Of a stretch of DNA of 64,000 nt, positions 14,138 through 26,782 are shown one piece after another (position 1 is the stretch's first letter; each line of letters begins with the position of its first letter). The notes under the pieces were generated by a model. The model saw only the letters and a program-made list of their open reading frames with translations. It did not search any database and was not told the origin of the DNA. Source of the DNA: Hormiphora californensis (Eukaryota; Animalia; Ctenophora); the NCBI GenBank assembly GCA_020137815.1, contig CM035357.1, forward strand, positions 7,006,001-7,070,000, written 5' to 3'. Made by a program: the position numbers and the translations under genes.

Positions 14138-15537
14138 CCTTTCTCGTTTGGCCTAAAGCCAGTTGAATCCAAATCCTTGGAGATATTTCACAGTCCTCCA
14201 TCCCCAAGATTAACAGTTTTTAACCGTTTCTAGGTCTCTCATTCGATATTAAAGTTGGTAAAACCATTGCACTGGTAGGACAGAGTGGGTGTGGGAAGTC
14301 AACCTCAGTACAGCTCACACAGAGATTCTACGATACCCTTGGGGGTGAAGTGGTAGGTGTAGAACTGTAGAACCATCTGTCGTTTTACAAAGTGGGTACC
14401 AGTGTTCTAAATTCACCCCCCCCCCCCCCTCCTTAAATCCTCCTGTTAGGTTGAGTATCAGAGACATATCGTTGTAAAATGTTGTGAAAAACATTTGGTT
14501 CAAATATATATAATTCAACCCATACCTTCAGATGATAGACGGTATAGATATCAAACAATTGAATGTGCCCCACCTTCGGCAACAAATGGGATTCGTATCA
14601 CAGGAACCTGTCCTGTTCGACTGCTCTATCGAAGGTACATTACAAGCTGTAGTAGGGCAGCTCATACCCATGTTACACAGGTCATATATTTGTGTTACCT
14701 GGATGAATTCCTCTGACTATAATCACTCCCCTTCTCTGACTCCAAGAGAGTATACTCTCCTATCACCCCCTCGCATTCTGGAGCTTCCCCTCTCCCTGCT
14801 TATCACCCCCTCCCCTCCCCAGATAATATCCCCATCTATCACCCCTCCCCCCCCCCAGAAAATATCCGGTACGGGGCACTGTTCAGGGATGTGACTGATG
14901 AAGAGGTGATCAAGGCAGCCCAAAACGCAAACATACATAACTTTATTGCTTCACTACCCGAGGTATATTATAAAATCCCTACAATACAACTTCTGCAAAC
15001 TTCACTAATCGTGATTTAGTTGTCTCATGCTGATCGTGAGTCGAGAACAGAACCACATACCTATACAGTTCCGCATATAATGCTGTTTTCCTACAGGGCT
15101 ATAAAACGCGTGTAGGAGAGAAAGGCACTCAAATGTCTGGTGGCCAGAAACAGAGGATAGCCATTGCCCGGGCTCTCGTCCGTAATCCTAAGATTCTCCT
15201 TCTTGATGAGGCGACCAGTGCCCTTGATACAGAGAGTGAGAAGGTAAATATTATAGATCATTGAAAGGGTGGTATAAAAACCTCCAATCAATTGTCAACA
15301 TGTAATAACAGTTCACATCCTAATCAATGTTTATTTTCTCCCAGGTGGTCCAGGAAGCTCTCGACTTAGCGAGAAAGGGACGTACATCACTGGTTATTGC
15401 ACACCGGCTGTCCACCATTCAGAACTGCAGACCTCATCTGTGTTATCCAAGAGGGGAGGATAGTAGAGATTGGCACTCACAAGGAGTTGATGAGCAAGGA
15501 TGGGGTGTACAGGAACTTGAACAAATCAGCCAAATAA
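2015..15537 (+). CDS. ABCB1: ABCB1/P-glycoprotein-type (MDR) ABC transporter, 3' half (TMD2 + NBD2); 5' exons lie upstream of the window
   Basis: Exons 2015-2105 ([16 protein letters not shown]), 6844-6969 ([13 protein letters not shown]), 7233-7404 ([12 protein letters not shown]), 9255-9395, 13362-13515 (LPDYSKAK), 13921-13999 (FNYPSRP), 14234-14352 (Walker [10 protein letters not shown]), 14532-14634 (VSQEPVLF), 14859-14962, 15097-15243 ([27 protein letters not shown]), 15345-15537 (IAHRLSTIQ). All have GT-AG ends. One +1 indel near 15426 is likely an assembly error. The symbol denotes the subfamily, not proven orthology. Confidence 0.95.
2681..3241. mobile_element. MITE with ~35-bp terminal inverted repeats
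   Basis: taaagtcggatttttttaaactgtcaccccccc at the left versus gggggggtgacagtttcaaaaaatccgacctta at the right; internal 16-bp-stem hairpin at 2732-2772. Confidence 0.75.
3253..3922. mobile_element. Palindromic MITE with TTAA target-site duplication (Kolobok/piggyBac-type)
   Basis: TTAA at 3249-3252 and 3923-3926; ~310-bp arms agtaagagtggc.../...gccactcttact are near-perfect reverse complements. Purine-purine (AG) start fits Kolobok better than piggyBac. Confidence 0.85.
3927..5662. mobile_element. Second TTAA-flanked inverted-repeat element, left arm interrupted by a nested hairpin-ended insertion (~3946-4420)
   Basis: TIR gcatttttcagaatttttt / aaaaaattctgaaaaaaatgc followed by TTAA at 5663-5666; further inverted arms 4423-4640 versus 5230-5400 and 5601-5640. 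Confidence 0.7.
6975..7230. repeat. Intronic C/A-rich minisatellite (ccctaacaaca and cccctact units) filling almost a whole ABCB intron
   Basis: Visible tandem units between the donor at 6970 and the acceptor at 7232. Confidence 0.9.
7619..9229. mobile_element. Non-autonomous DNA transposon with G-rich TIRs and an 8-bp TSD, carrying an internal satellite
   Basis: TSD tggtcact at 7611-7618 and 9230-9237; TIR gggggggttccaacctattt / aaataggttggaaccccccc; ~30-bp unit satellite at ~8110-8600. Confidence 0.85.
9528..9682 (+). pseudogene. Duplicate ABCB exon with a +1 frameshift
   Basis: Identical to 13362-13515 except for an extra A at ~9616 (gtgcgAtatc versus gtgcgtatc); 155 versus 154 bp. Confidence 0.75.
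11171..12505. mobile_element. Non-autonomous hAT-type transposon
   Basis: Perfect 8-bp TSD gtttatag (11163-11170, 12506-12513); TIR caggaagcgaccgaa / ttcggtcgtttcctg; subterminal (ggttc)n arrays and internal repeats. Confidence 0.9.
12519..12835 (+). mobile_element. Short repeat containing a spliced-leader copy fused to a minimal hammerhead-like motif, preceded by an inverted partial copy (Penelope pLTR/retrozyme-like)
   Basis: SL-like aaacttttcaacactactttagacaaattaatttgag (12672-12708), then c-ctgatga-tgat-gatgc-tga-gcatc-gaaa-ttgata; inverted copy at 12519-12600. The 3' portion recurs at ~42135-42220. Confidence 0.6.
13757..13878. mobile_element. Small MITE in an ABCB intron
   Basis: taaagtgcgtttcaaacgacttgacc / ggtcaagtcgcttgaaacggacttta inverted termini. 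Confidence 0.65.
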
Positions 15538-16205
15538 ACTGTTTTAGCTCTATTATTAGAAATGAAATTAAACTTGTAGGGTAGAGGGTCTCGGGGGGAT
15601 ATCTCTTCTCCTTGTCCATTTATTCTACAAATGCAATATCAAAATATATCCTTGTCTATGCTAAATTAGCAGCTTTATCAAACTGTATACAGAGACACTT
15701 AGTATTAGTTTTGGATTTTCTAATTTCGTGAATTATTATTGACGTGTTCCCAACGATTTATGCTAATTTCAGAAGTAATACACGAGTAGTTAATAAGACA
15801 GCAAGATTTTATTTTTGTGTATTGAATTGAGCTATGCAATTGTATGTATTTGTATTATCTTTCCTAGCAGTAGACTCGCTTGTTTGCAACTTTGTTTGCC
15901 CAAACCCATGCACACACACACTTGGAGCGAGAGAAAAAGTCTCCAGTACTTCTCCAAACCTTCCAAGAGGGAGATTAACCCCAACCCCACTTCTTCCCCT
16001 TTACAATTTGTTAGTTTCTCAAGACACCTGATTTCCAAACTTTCCTCCCGTCCTCCACGAAGTCATCACGTAACTTTGCACGGAAAGATCTAAAATAACT
16101 AGGGGATTAGAGAGAGATAGAGCTTGTTAAAAGTCTCAACCCTCCCTCTCACGTCTGCAGCACACCATTTCCTCCTTTAACTCTCCAGTTGATCTTGTTT
16201 GTGTG

Positions 16206-19200
16206 ATGTGTTATCGTCATCCCACCATCAAACCACCACTCCTTCTTCTTCTGGTTCTGCTCCTCGGGGCTCCATGGGGCTGTCAGGGCGCGGAGGAGAA
16301 AACAGTGAAATATCAGCTGGCCACGGAATCAGTTACCATCTCAAAGGCACCATCTGATCTGAGCGATCTGAAGGATGAGACTCTCAAACTGATACAAATT
16401 GACAATAGTGCGGCGTATGGAACTAGTAACCCCGATTATGGTATCCTAGCAGTCACCATGAAATCCTCCTACAATACCACACGGAAACGCCGCTCTACTA
16501 CCACTACTGACCTGTTCACTGAGCTAACTCTTGTTAATTCAGACCTGAAACCAGTGGCAAAACTAGCATCTGACGTTGCTGCTGAAACCAAATCATTTGG
16601 CTGTCCCTCCTCCAACAGCAGCACAGTCTCTGCAGCGAGTAGTAGTTACGTGTTCTTGGCCTACCTCGCATCTTCCTTCTCATCCACTGTAGAGCTGACT
16701 GTTAACCTGGACTTTACCGAGATTGGTATGGGCAACATGATCACCAGCGAGCTGGATGATAGTCAGAGGGAGGTGCTTCACATGTTTGAGGTGACACCGG
16801 ATCACGTGTCGTATAGGAAGAGCATTGAGGTGGTTGTGGAGAGTGGAAATGATATCAACGGCACCCTGTACGTCTCACCATCCTGTCACGCGGCCAGCAG
16901 TGATGTTTTTGAGGGTGAGGAACGGTCCAAGTTGACCTTTTCAAGACAAGGACGGTTCTCCCTCCATGAGACTTCCTTTCCCAAGATCAAATCTCAAAGG
17001 TAGGATGACGGCGCGGTAGAGATATGTGTAGAAGGAATTACAATGCCAATACCCCACATCATCATGATGATGACTGTTGTCTTGTTCGACCCTTGTCAGA
17101 ACCTGAACATAACAAGGGGGAAGTTTCGCGAGATCTTGGCCTATCTGACCCAACCCGTTTTGATTTTCAAAATGCAACCAGATAGGGGACACCATACATT
17201 TGGTATACATCTAACCAGTACCTCCCCCTTCTAGGTACTACGTGAGGGTGGCTCTAATGGATGGCCATGGATCTAAAGTTGCTAAAAATGTGACAGTATC
17301 GATCCAGCAAGGATACGACTACACTATATTCGTGCCCCTTTCTCTCTACTGTCTGGTATGCCTGTTCTTTGCCTCCATGATAACCTGGGGCTTCTTCCGT
17401 ATCTTCTCTTACCACTGCGAGCTGCCCTGCTACACTAGCTGGAGGAAAACATGCATGGGGTAAGTAGAATATGGTGGTCCGCCGGATGTCATGATGATGA
17501 CACTATTTGAATGTCTGGGGGCTGAAGACAAAATAATGGACTAAACTGAGGGGGCTGGGGTTAAGCTAGAATTATAGAAGGGACGGGGGCTGAAGAAGAA
17601 AAAGAATATGGTGGTCAGTCCCAGGTCCGGGTACCCCTATGCTATATGGTCAAGGGTGGAACATTGTTATTGTCTACTGTCTAGTCGGTTCTAGACTGCA
17701 ATGTTTACTACTTCTCCACCCTATATTCCTTCATCCTTGTCTCGGTAGACCCCCCTATCTTTGCTTGTTCCACCAGCTGAGAGGCTGACACATGATGCTC
17801 CACACCCCTCAATTTACAAACACTGTGCACAGAGTGTGTAGTATCTTCTCTCTCCCCCCTCTCTCTCCCTCTCTCTCTCTCTATCTATCTCTCTCTCTCT
17901 CTCTCCCCTCTCTCTCACTGATCTCTCCCCAAACTCACAAACCCCTTGTTCAGATGGTTAATCAGGGGGAACAAGGGCTACGCCTATTGGACCCTGGTGG
18001 TTGGCGTCATGATACTGCTGGGGGAGGTAGCAACGGTTGCCAAGGCCTATGACAAGATGACCTCAGAGGGAGACCGGGACCAGTGCTACTACAACGAGAA
18101 GTGCTACAGGGTGGTGGATTGGATGGATTTCCCGGCTAACTCAGGTACTTACATGTCAACTCCTATAGGACCTATTATAATAGGACCACCTTTATCTGTG
18201 CCACCCTGAAATCCCCCCCCCCCCTTAGAATATCAACATGAACATGCTGAAAATTCTGTTAAAAAGTGATACTGATATGAGCCATATCATGAGCCAAACA
18301 ACACATTCTTCCCACGTGCAGTGACGGCTAACCTGGCGTATCTTCTACATGGAATAATGGCACTTATCATGATATCACTTATGGAGAGCAAATGTGGGGA
18401 GAACAATCATATTCACGAGCATGCCTTCTCCCTGGCTTACTCCCTGGGTACTGCACATGTTATGCAGGTACAATAAACACACTAAACTATCTGGTAGATA
18501 ATCATTTAATGGGATGATTAATTACACTGGATGATTAGGTTCCCAACCCCTACCCCAACCCAATATATTGCAGGCACTGGTAGCTGGAGTATACTCGTTT
18601 TGTCCCAACCACCTGGCACAAACCTACGATCTCACCTTCATCTACATTATTGTGGGTCTCTACGTTGCTTGCCTCTTCGACAGGTAAAACATGACACTTG
18701 TAACTGTAAAACTCCTTTCCGAGTTTTCGACCCAAAGCACTCGAGTGCACTCTGGACTGAATAGTTTCCCCGTTTGTTAGAAAACTTTGTTATTATAAAC
18801 CTATTATTATCCCCCCCCCCTCTAGTTCAACTCCTATTCCTAACCTGCAGGGGTTCCATAAACTATGTGAAGGATCAGAAAATGAGTCGATTCTGTAGCA
18901 TCCCAACGAAACCTGTCCGTGCTAGCAAGTTCTATGCCTTCCTGGTTGGACCCATGCTCATTCTGCAATACACCGAGGTAATTACTATATACAGTTTCGA
19001 GTTTACTATATTGTTAGGCTATATTGCCTGATCTGAATTTATATCCGGTACCAATTTACCCATTATCTAGTCGGGGGGGGGGGGGGGGGGGAGTAGTGCA
19101 TGACATTTGAGATCATTTTGCCAAACACCTCGGATTAGTTTTTTTCAGGAACATCTCTTTAACAACGTCCATCTTCTTTCAGACAGCCTTTACCTCGGAA

Positions 19201-20863
19201 GGGTGGCCCAGTGGTTATGCCAAGACCATCTTTTATGCTGTATTCTTTGTGTGGTTGGCAACTGTTCACGCCTGGATCGCATTCAAAGCAGAGCTCTTCC
19301 CCATGGACTTCTACAGGTGATTTACTTGTTGTGCTACTCGACATATATGCTGCACAGTTTTAACTCCAATTAATAATTCATGGCTGTTGTCGCTATACTA
19401 TAGGCTATAGCAACCTTATCAAGGTGGGGGCACTCTAAACAGTTTTCCAATTCAGATTGTTGACACCCAGTTTTCCAATTCAGATGGTTGACACCTAGTT
19501 TTCCAATTCAGATGGTTGACACCCAGTTTTCCAATTCAGATGGTTGACAGACGGGAGGTGTGATCCAGATCACCCGGAATTCTGCAACTGGTGGGATTGC
19601 TACAGTTACAAGATGAAGCGGGACAGTGGTTACGGATGGAAGATGCTCCTTTTTGTCATTCACACCCTCACCTCCATCGCATTTGCTGCATATGAAGGTA
19701 CGTGAAATGAACAATCAATCAATCAGGGTCGAGTATTTGAGTGATAAATTTCTGACAAAAATATCACCCAGGTTTCTTCTGTGACGACTGCAATTTCTCC
19801 TACTTCTTCCTTGGATGGCTACTATCTGGTCTCATCTTCACCCTTCTCTTTGCTCTCTTCGACCAGATCGGATTGGAGAACAAGTTTGCACACAGCACCT
19901 GGCACACTAACTTCACATGGGTAAGTGCAGTTTGTTGTGTCAAGACGAGGTATTGCTGTGAGATCTCGCCTTGTTATGTTCTAATCCTCCTTCACAAAGG
20001 GGGCCGTGAGAGAGGGTCGAACAAGGCAAACTCGCTCTACAACTTGAAATCTCCATGTTGTTTATTATTATTGGTAACTAAATTGAATTGCTTCCTATTT
20101 TACCTCACCATGACACCTCTTTCTACAGATTCGAATTATCTACTCGGTCACGGTGATAGGAGCTTGGTCAGCAGCCATCTGGGTCTACCGAGATTACGAC
20201 CTGTCCAACCCTCTCCGCCCTCCCCAACAATCCCGGACCTACAACGACGAGTGCATTTTCTTCGACTACTATGATGGCCAGGACATGTTCAACTTGTTGA
20301 CCTCCTTCGCCATGCTGGGTACCACCTACCTTGTAATATACCTCAACTACCCCTGTGTAGAGTGTGTGGCGGCCCACTATGGGTTGGAATACACCGGGAG
20401 GAGGTTTAGCATGACCATGTCTGAGGCAGCTAGTAAGGACGGGAAGGTGAGTGGGTGTGGGCACGGTGGGTGTGGAGCAACCTGTTCCCACAGCAGCGGC
20501 GGAGCAGTGGGTCACGGGGGAAAGAGCTTGAATTGTGGATGCAGTGGTAGTTGTGGGTGTGCCAAGAAATCATGCGGCTGCTCCATCAAATCAATCTGTG
20601 ATTGTAAACAGCGGGAGGCGAGTAAGAGGGGCTCCTGTAAGGGTGGATGTCCACATGGTGGTGGATCGTTGAAACGTGGAGATCCACATCGCCATACCAA
20701 GGATAGCATGATGACGGAGATGAGCGATGATATTAGTTACCTCAATGTGACGGATGATGTCGGTCCTGATCCCCAGATTGTCTTTAAGGACGGGGACCAC
20801 AGCAAGTACCCCGCTGTGGTGGTTAAAGATCATGGGAAGGGAAAGCCGGGGTACTTGTACTAG
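16206..20863 (+). CDS. SID-1/SIDT (CREST superfamily) multi-pass membrane protein, divergent, with a Cys-rich C-terminal tail
   Basis: Signal peptide and ectodomain in exon 16206-16999; then 17235-17459, 17954-18144 (GDRDQCYYNEKC, cf. SIDT GNQDxCYYNFLC), 18322-18467 (ANLAYLLHG; AYSLGTAHVMQ), 18574-18683 (VYSFCPNHLAQTYDLTFIY, cf. CYHVCPNYxNFQFDTSFMY), 18851-18977, 19183-19316, 19540-19697, 19772-19920, 20129-20863 (PQQSRTYNDECIFFDYYD, cf. PAESRExNRxCILLDFFD). Exon phases are compatible; one small extra exon near 17780-17835 is possible. Confidence 0.88.
19441..19548 (+). repeat. 28-bp tandem repeat (about 4 copies) spanning a splice acceptor
   Basis: Unit agttttccaattcagatggttgacaccc; AGs end at 19455, 19483, 19511 and 19539, and only the last gives an open frame. 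Confidence 0.9.
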
Positions 20864-21920
20864 GAGGGATGATGTCCTATATCATGATATACAAGGGACA
20901 CGCTACAATAACACACAGAGTGATATACAGAAAGTCTCTCTCTGTTAGAGACATGCTCACTTGTCGAGAGACTGAGTTGTCGAGAGACTGAGTTGCAGAA
21001 GGTCGGGGCCACCCAATATTCTATAACCCCCGACAATTATATGAACGTAGATTAAAGGGTAAATTAATGTTTTATCTTTTTTTAAACTTTGTGTAGCTGT
21101 ACATAGATTGTACATAGCATGTTAGAGAATCTGTTGAAGGAGATACTGTTTGGTAGATTATTATTTAGTCCCATTTTGCCTTGTAAAATTCTTAAGTTCA
21201 GCTGATAGCAGCGTACGGTTGTTTTTTGACCTACGGCCAGTTTTACTATTTATGATTTTGATTTAGGTTTTAGTTCAACTAATAGTTGCGAAAGAAAACC
21301 AATCCAGATTCCAGTTAACTTGTAGATGTTACATTTTAGTTGTGCGAATTAATTAATGTGCCGTTACTTTTCATTTATTACTTCAACAAAATAAACCTTG
21401 TGTGTCGTTAACTTCTAGTGTGGCAAAAAAACTCTAAAAGTGTTAGCAATACTGATTACTTTGGGGACAGCTTGCGTAATAGCATGGCAAGGGACAGCTC
21501 ACAGCGAGATGATGTTTGGATCTAAAATCAGCAATGTTTCATGTTTGACACTTTCCCGCCGTTGTTGAACACATGCCCGCGCGCACTGAACGCGCACCCA
21601 CTTTCCACACATCGTCTCTTCCGCCGCGTACAAACACTCAATGAATGACAAGTGTGACACTGTGTGACAAGGACCCGTACTGCAGCAGCAGCCACTCTTA
21701 TCAGGTGTGACCTGTCTCCTGAGGTTCGAATTTGGCGTCGGAGACATTAGGGTTAAAACTAAAAACTTGGATTATGACCTGTTTTTTTTTCTAGCTTCAC
21801 TTGTTGAGTACAAAGCTACCAGCTGCAATGGCCTCATTTGAAGAACTTAAAACGGGGGAATATGAGGCAGGATGGACTAAAGATGAACCAATATTTAAGA
21901 ACATAATATTCCAGTGTGTA

Positions 21921-23793
21921 TGTTCGCAAAAGGCAAGCTTCCCCTCGTCCGACCCGAAGTTGGAATCATATGGGTTTAGTTTGTCGAACCGGCAAGTTGC
22001 TAACATTTTCAAATCTTCACTACTTCTCAAATGATCCCATACTTTCAGTCTAATCCCAAAATCCTATTAAAAATAGAGACAAAAATAACTGCATTATGTT
22101 TCATAATGCTATGTTTCCCCGCCAACCTCTATTTTCATAACTATCTAAATCTAATGTGAAGGCGGGCCAGACATTTCTCAGCATTTATCAATCACTCAAA
22201 CCGTATGGAACTTGTTCTTGTGTTTTAGTAGCACTAAATTGCGTGCCACAATGCGCGGCTCACATTTCCTGAAAACGTGCCATTGAAGTATTTTATGAAG
22301 GAGCAACACCGTTGTCCCTCGCAACTGAGCGTGTTACAGCCAGTTTTGTGACCGTGACACCTCACTAGTATGTAAACTTGTCGAATTCTAAACCCCTATG
22401 CCTTTTTACAAAAGGCATCCGGGTGAATGCCTTCGGCATTCACCCGGGCGGGGAAATAACGGCACCAAACTGTGAAATGCCCTTGCATTAGTGCGAGTAG
22501 AATAAAATCAATTTTCTATCTAAAGGCCGAGTTTATAGCAAGAAAGGACTATTTTACAACGAATTCTCTGGTTAGTATGGTAACCAACTCCGTTGTCATG
22601 GTAAATCAATCGAACTCTATCGAGTTCTATCGCCAGCAACTGGATGAAAATTTATCCATTTCATTATGCACAATGCACAGGCTTTGGTTACGAAGTTACC
22701 CCTTGCCAGCGTGTGCACGCGAAGGTCGCCCGGCGACAGAGTGTGAGGTGTCTTCGATACCAAGCACAGGTTTGTGTAACAAAAAGGGGCGTTTTTATAG
22801 CTTATTGTAATTTTCATTACTTTCACAAAGGCTCAAAGTTTGAATATCAAATTTGCCAAAATTGTGCAGGGGCCACCCCAAAATTAATCTCTAAGTAATT
22901 AATTAATTAATTTTGACTATTCCCACTTTCTGTAGATTATATTATATGTTTTATGCATGAAGAACATTCCTAGAAAGTTTCAAGTCGATATTTTAAGCAG
23001 AACGGAAAATATAATTTAGTGCATGGGCAAACAAAATGGTGCAAGGGCACATGTTCAGGGGAAATTTGCACAAATTGTGCAGGGGCAAATTTTAATTAAT
23101 TTGCCTATAATTAATTACCTAATTGATATATTAATCATACGGCTCTTCTAGTACTCGTAGTTATGCTACTAGAACATGCATAGAAAGTTTCGTGTCAAAA
23201 TATTAAACGGTGTGGACACAGTTCGATCATAAAATTGGTGCAAGGGCTGCCCTTGCACCATTTGCCCTTGCACATTGCCTGCCCTTGCACCAAATTCCAT
23301 TTTTTGCACGGCTCTAACTAACTAATTAATTAATTTTGACTATTCCCACTTTTCGAACATCATCTTTTATGATTGAAGAACATTCCTACAAAGTTTCAAG
23401 TCGATATTTTAAGCAGAACGGAAAATAGAATTTGGTGCAAGGGCGCGGTGCAAGGGACATAACACGCAATGTGCAGGGGCACGGTGCCCTTGCACCGTTT
23501 TTAATTACCTATAATTAATTAATTAATTAAAAATTCAAAAATCCGCCAACGTCATGACACAAAGGAATACTACAAGAACATGCCTACAAAATTTCAAGTC
23601 GATATCTCAAACGGTGTGGCCACAATCGTTGACATGTTTTTTGCCCCCCCCCCCCCCCCCCCCAAAAAAAGACCTTTCTTTGTTCTTAATAGGGCCGGCA
23701 TTTTTGGGTTTTTGTGCAGGGGCAAAAAATTTTTTTTCTTTTTTTCGTTTTTTGCTGTTTTCTTCGGGTCGGAGGTGCCTGCCGGCACCTAAA
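21921..23793. mobile_element. ~1.9-kb composite insertion without TSD, ending in a GC hairpin (Helitron/Helentron-like)
   Basis: The flanks ...ccagtgtgta | tagaacaatgctcagtcgacc... are contiguous in the paralogous copy at ~32322-32350 (empty site); terminal hairpin aggtgcc-tgcc-ggcacct at 23773-23790. Confidence 0.65.
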
Positions 23794-23984
23794 TAGAACA
23801 ATGCTCAGTCGACCGGTGGGCCATGTCACATCTCACCTACAGCACCCTCAAACAAACACACAAATTGTACTCACCATATTTTCGATGTTTGTATTCATCA
23901 GCTAAATTAACCGAACTTTTCGAGGTTTCGAGGTTTCTTGGTTCTGGTTCACCTGGAAACCTGTAATAGTTCAATGTTTAGATT

Positions 23985-24285
<301 letters not shown>

Positions 24286-24861
24286 TAATTAGGGGGAGGG
24301 CCTCAAAAAGCCCTAAAATGGACATTTTTGACAACACAGACCAAACGCGGCAGCCGGCAAAATAACGCAATTAAAACTAGGTAAAATTTACTAGGTACCT
24401 TACTAAAGTCAACGGCAAACACAGTTGGCGTACGATACCATAAATATCAGTTCAGCACTGTATGGATCTCTCCTTTCCGCGCCCTACGTCAAGGCAGGGA
24501 GTACTAAACTAATGTATCGCTCTCACTTTTCTCAAAGGGGATAAAAGTGAGAGACATACTTTTACTAAAAAACCTTGTTAGAGGGGATCATATCAGTATT
24601 CCCTTGGGACCATATATCAGAGAGAAAGGAAGATTGAGATATTTTTTTGAAACTGAGCAACGTCCTTGCTGGCTGCTCTTCGATATTATCGCACTGCACC
24701 GGTGTTATTGTCGGAAAAAATGGAGAAATAAAAAGTTCCATACATACGGGATTTTGATTTTGGACCTTAACACTTCTCACCCATCAATGTAGTTGTTGTT
24801 GAAAATATGTAGCATGTTAATGTATGTACATGTACTAACTTACACCTGATTTGTAACAGTT

Positions 24862-24932
<71 letters not shown>

Positions 24933-26550
24933 TCTCCCAAACAAGTAATGCACAGTAGCGTTTCAAAGGTGCCCCAAATGAATCTACTTATAGACTCACT
25001 TTGTTTGAGACATGCTCATACGATCTACGAAAAGACGCCAATTTGCTGTAACAGTTAACCATATTTTCGTTTTCTCAGTGCAGTGCTAGGTGAAAGAGTA
25101 AGAGAGTGATGGAGAGATTAGTCAGAGGGCCAAGAGAATTTTTAGAAGAGAGGGGTGGAACGGGAGAACGAGAGAGAGCTGAGGAGATGAGACGAAGAAG
25201 GAAGAGGAATTGACCCGAGAGATATGTATTGAGAGGACAGAGGAGAGAGAAGACGAAGAGAGAGAGAGGAGACGAGAAGAAGAATGAGAGGAGAGAGGAG
25301 AGAGGAGACGAAGAAGAGAGAAGAGAGGAAAGGATTGAGAGAAAAAGAAGGAGAGACAGAGAGAGAGAGAGAAAGAAGGGAGAGAAGGAGAGATGAGAAA
25401 CGAGAGAGTGGAGAGACGAGAGAGAGACGAGAGAGAGGGTGAGGGGGGGAGAGAGAGAGAGAGATAGAGAGGAGAGAGATGACAGAGAGAGAGTGAGAAA
25501 CATCTTCTTGAGAGGAGAGGAGAAGAAGACGAGAGAAGTATGGTCTGTGTACGATGTGTAGAAGTACGGTGTGTCAAGTCCCAGCGTTAGACGACATATA
25601 AACTCGTAACGAGCATCGCTCTGTTCTACTTCAGTTGCGGTAAGATGATAGAGAGAGGGGAGGGAAACCAGCACCCCAGCAAAGGAAAAGACACAGTGTA
25701 CAATTAATTGCCGCATGAAACAACGAAATTGGGTTTTGCCGGAATTCACGGCTGTATGAGGGACAACTTTAAACTGAGCACCTTTAATCAGGAAGCCGGA
25801 TAGTAAGCTCCCCCGGTGTCTAATATAACTACTGTACGATATTTAGGAGACACCCGAGACCATATTATCCGGCTTTCGGGTGGGTGGTGGGAGGGTGTTA
25901 AATCAAGTATATAAAAAAGTTACAAGAAATAGAGAGAAGGAGAGATGGAGAAGGTCCCCGAGAGAAGAGAGAGAGAAGGAGGGAGAAAGAGCAACCATTT
26001 CAAATCAGATATAATGTCAGGAATATCATCAACTGACACCGGCGGCAAGTGGCGGGAGTAGTCAGGTTTAATGGCGTTAGACGCTTTTTGTCCAAATCCA
26101 AGTACGTATGTAAATTTGCTTTTTAATTTAATATTTCGCAATAGCACCAGTGCAGTGCGGACTCTTAAAGAGTACTCTCTTAAAGGGGTACACCTAGCGT
26201 TTTTAAACTCGTGTTGCCCAACCCAATGATCATAATATTCAAGAGTTTGCACTATTAATAGGACGTAAATAGCCAGGAAGCCTTTAACTCTGGCTTGTGA
26301 CAATAAATACTTAATAGGGCGGAGGCCCATCAGGAAGCCCAGTAATGATGCCTTTGGGGTAATAAAATTCTTCTAATTTCTCTCACCTTCTTTTCTCTCT
26401 CTCTCCCCTTTTCTATCTTATTCTTTTCTCTTTGTCTCTCTTCGTCTCTCTCCCCCTTCTTTTCTTTTATCTCTCTATCTCATATGCTCTCTCTCTCAAT
26501 CCCGCTTCATTCTCTCAATCCCTCACAATTAGAGGGAACGATGGAGAGGG

Positions 26551-26627
<77 letters not shown>

Positions 26628-26782
26628 TTGAGATCACTACACAGTGTCTGTGAAACCGGTGAGAAACCAAAGGGAGAGAGAGAGCCTCCCCCCCCCCCCC
26701 CCCCCCGCGCCGCGACGCAATTGGAGAGCACTAAAATTGTCCCCTTTCTGAGTTACGCCAACTGTGTTTGCCGTTGAGATTA

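Noticed and set aside
15420-15430. Programmed frameshifting or true pseudogenisation of ABCB and the GPCR (also ~41830, ~42350)
   Set aside because: These are isolated single-base indels, two in A homopolymers, within otherwise conserved frames; assembly error is more parsimonious. Short-read polishing would settle it.
15537-16206. Functional link between the dsRNA-forming ABCB introns or ABCB efflux and the adjacent SID-1-like gene
   Set aside because: Adjacency is the only evidence, and inverted-repeat elements are common throughout the window.
25560-26340. Host gene from ORF 25920-26330 (minus)
   Set aside because: No recognisable domain or splice structure, and it is bounded by microsatellites; possibly a decayed mobile-element fragment, but I cannot support a call.
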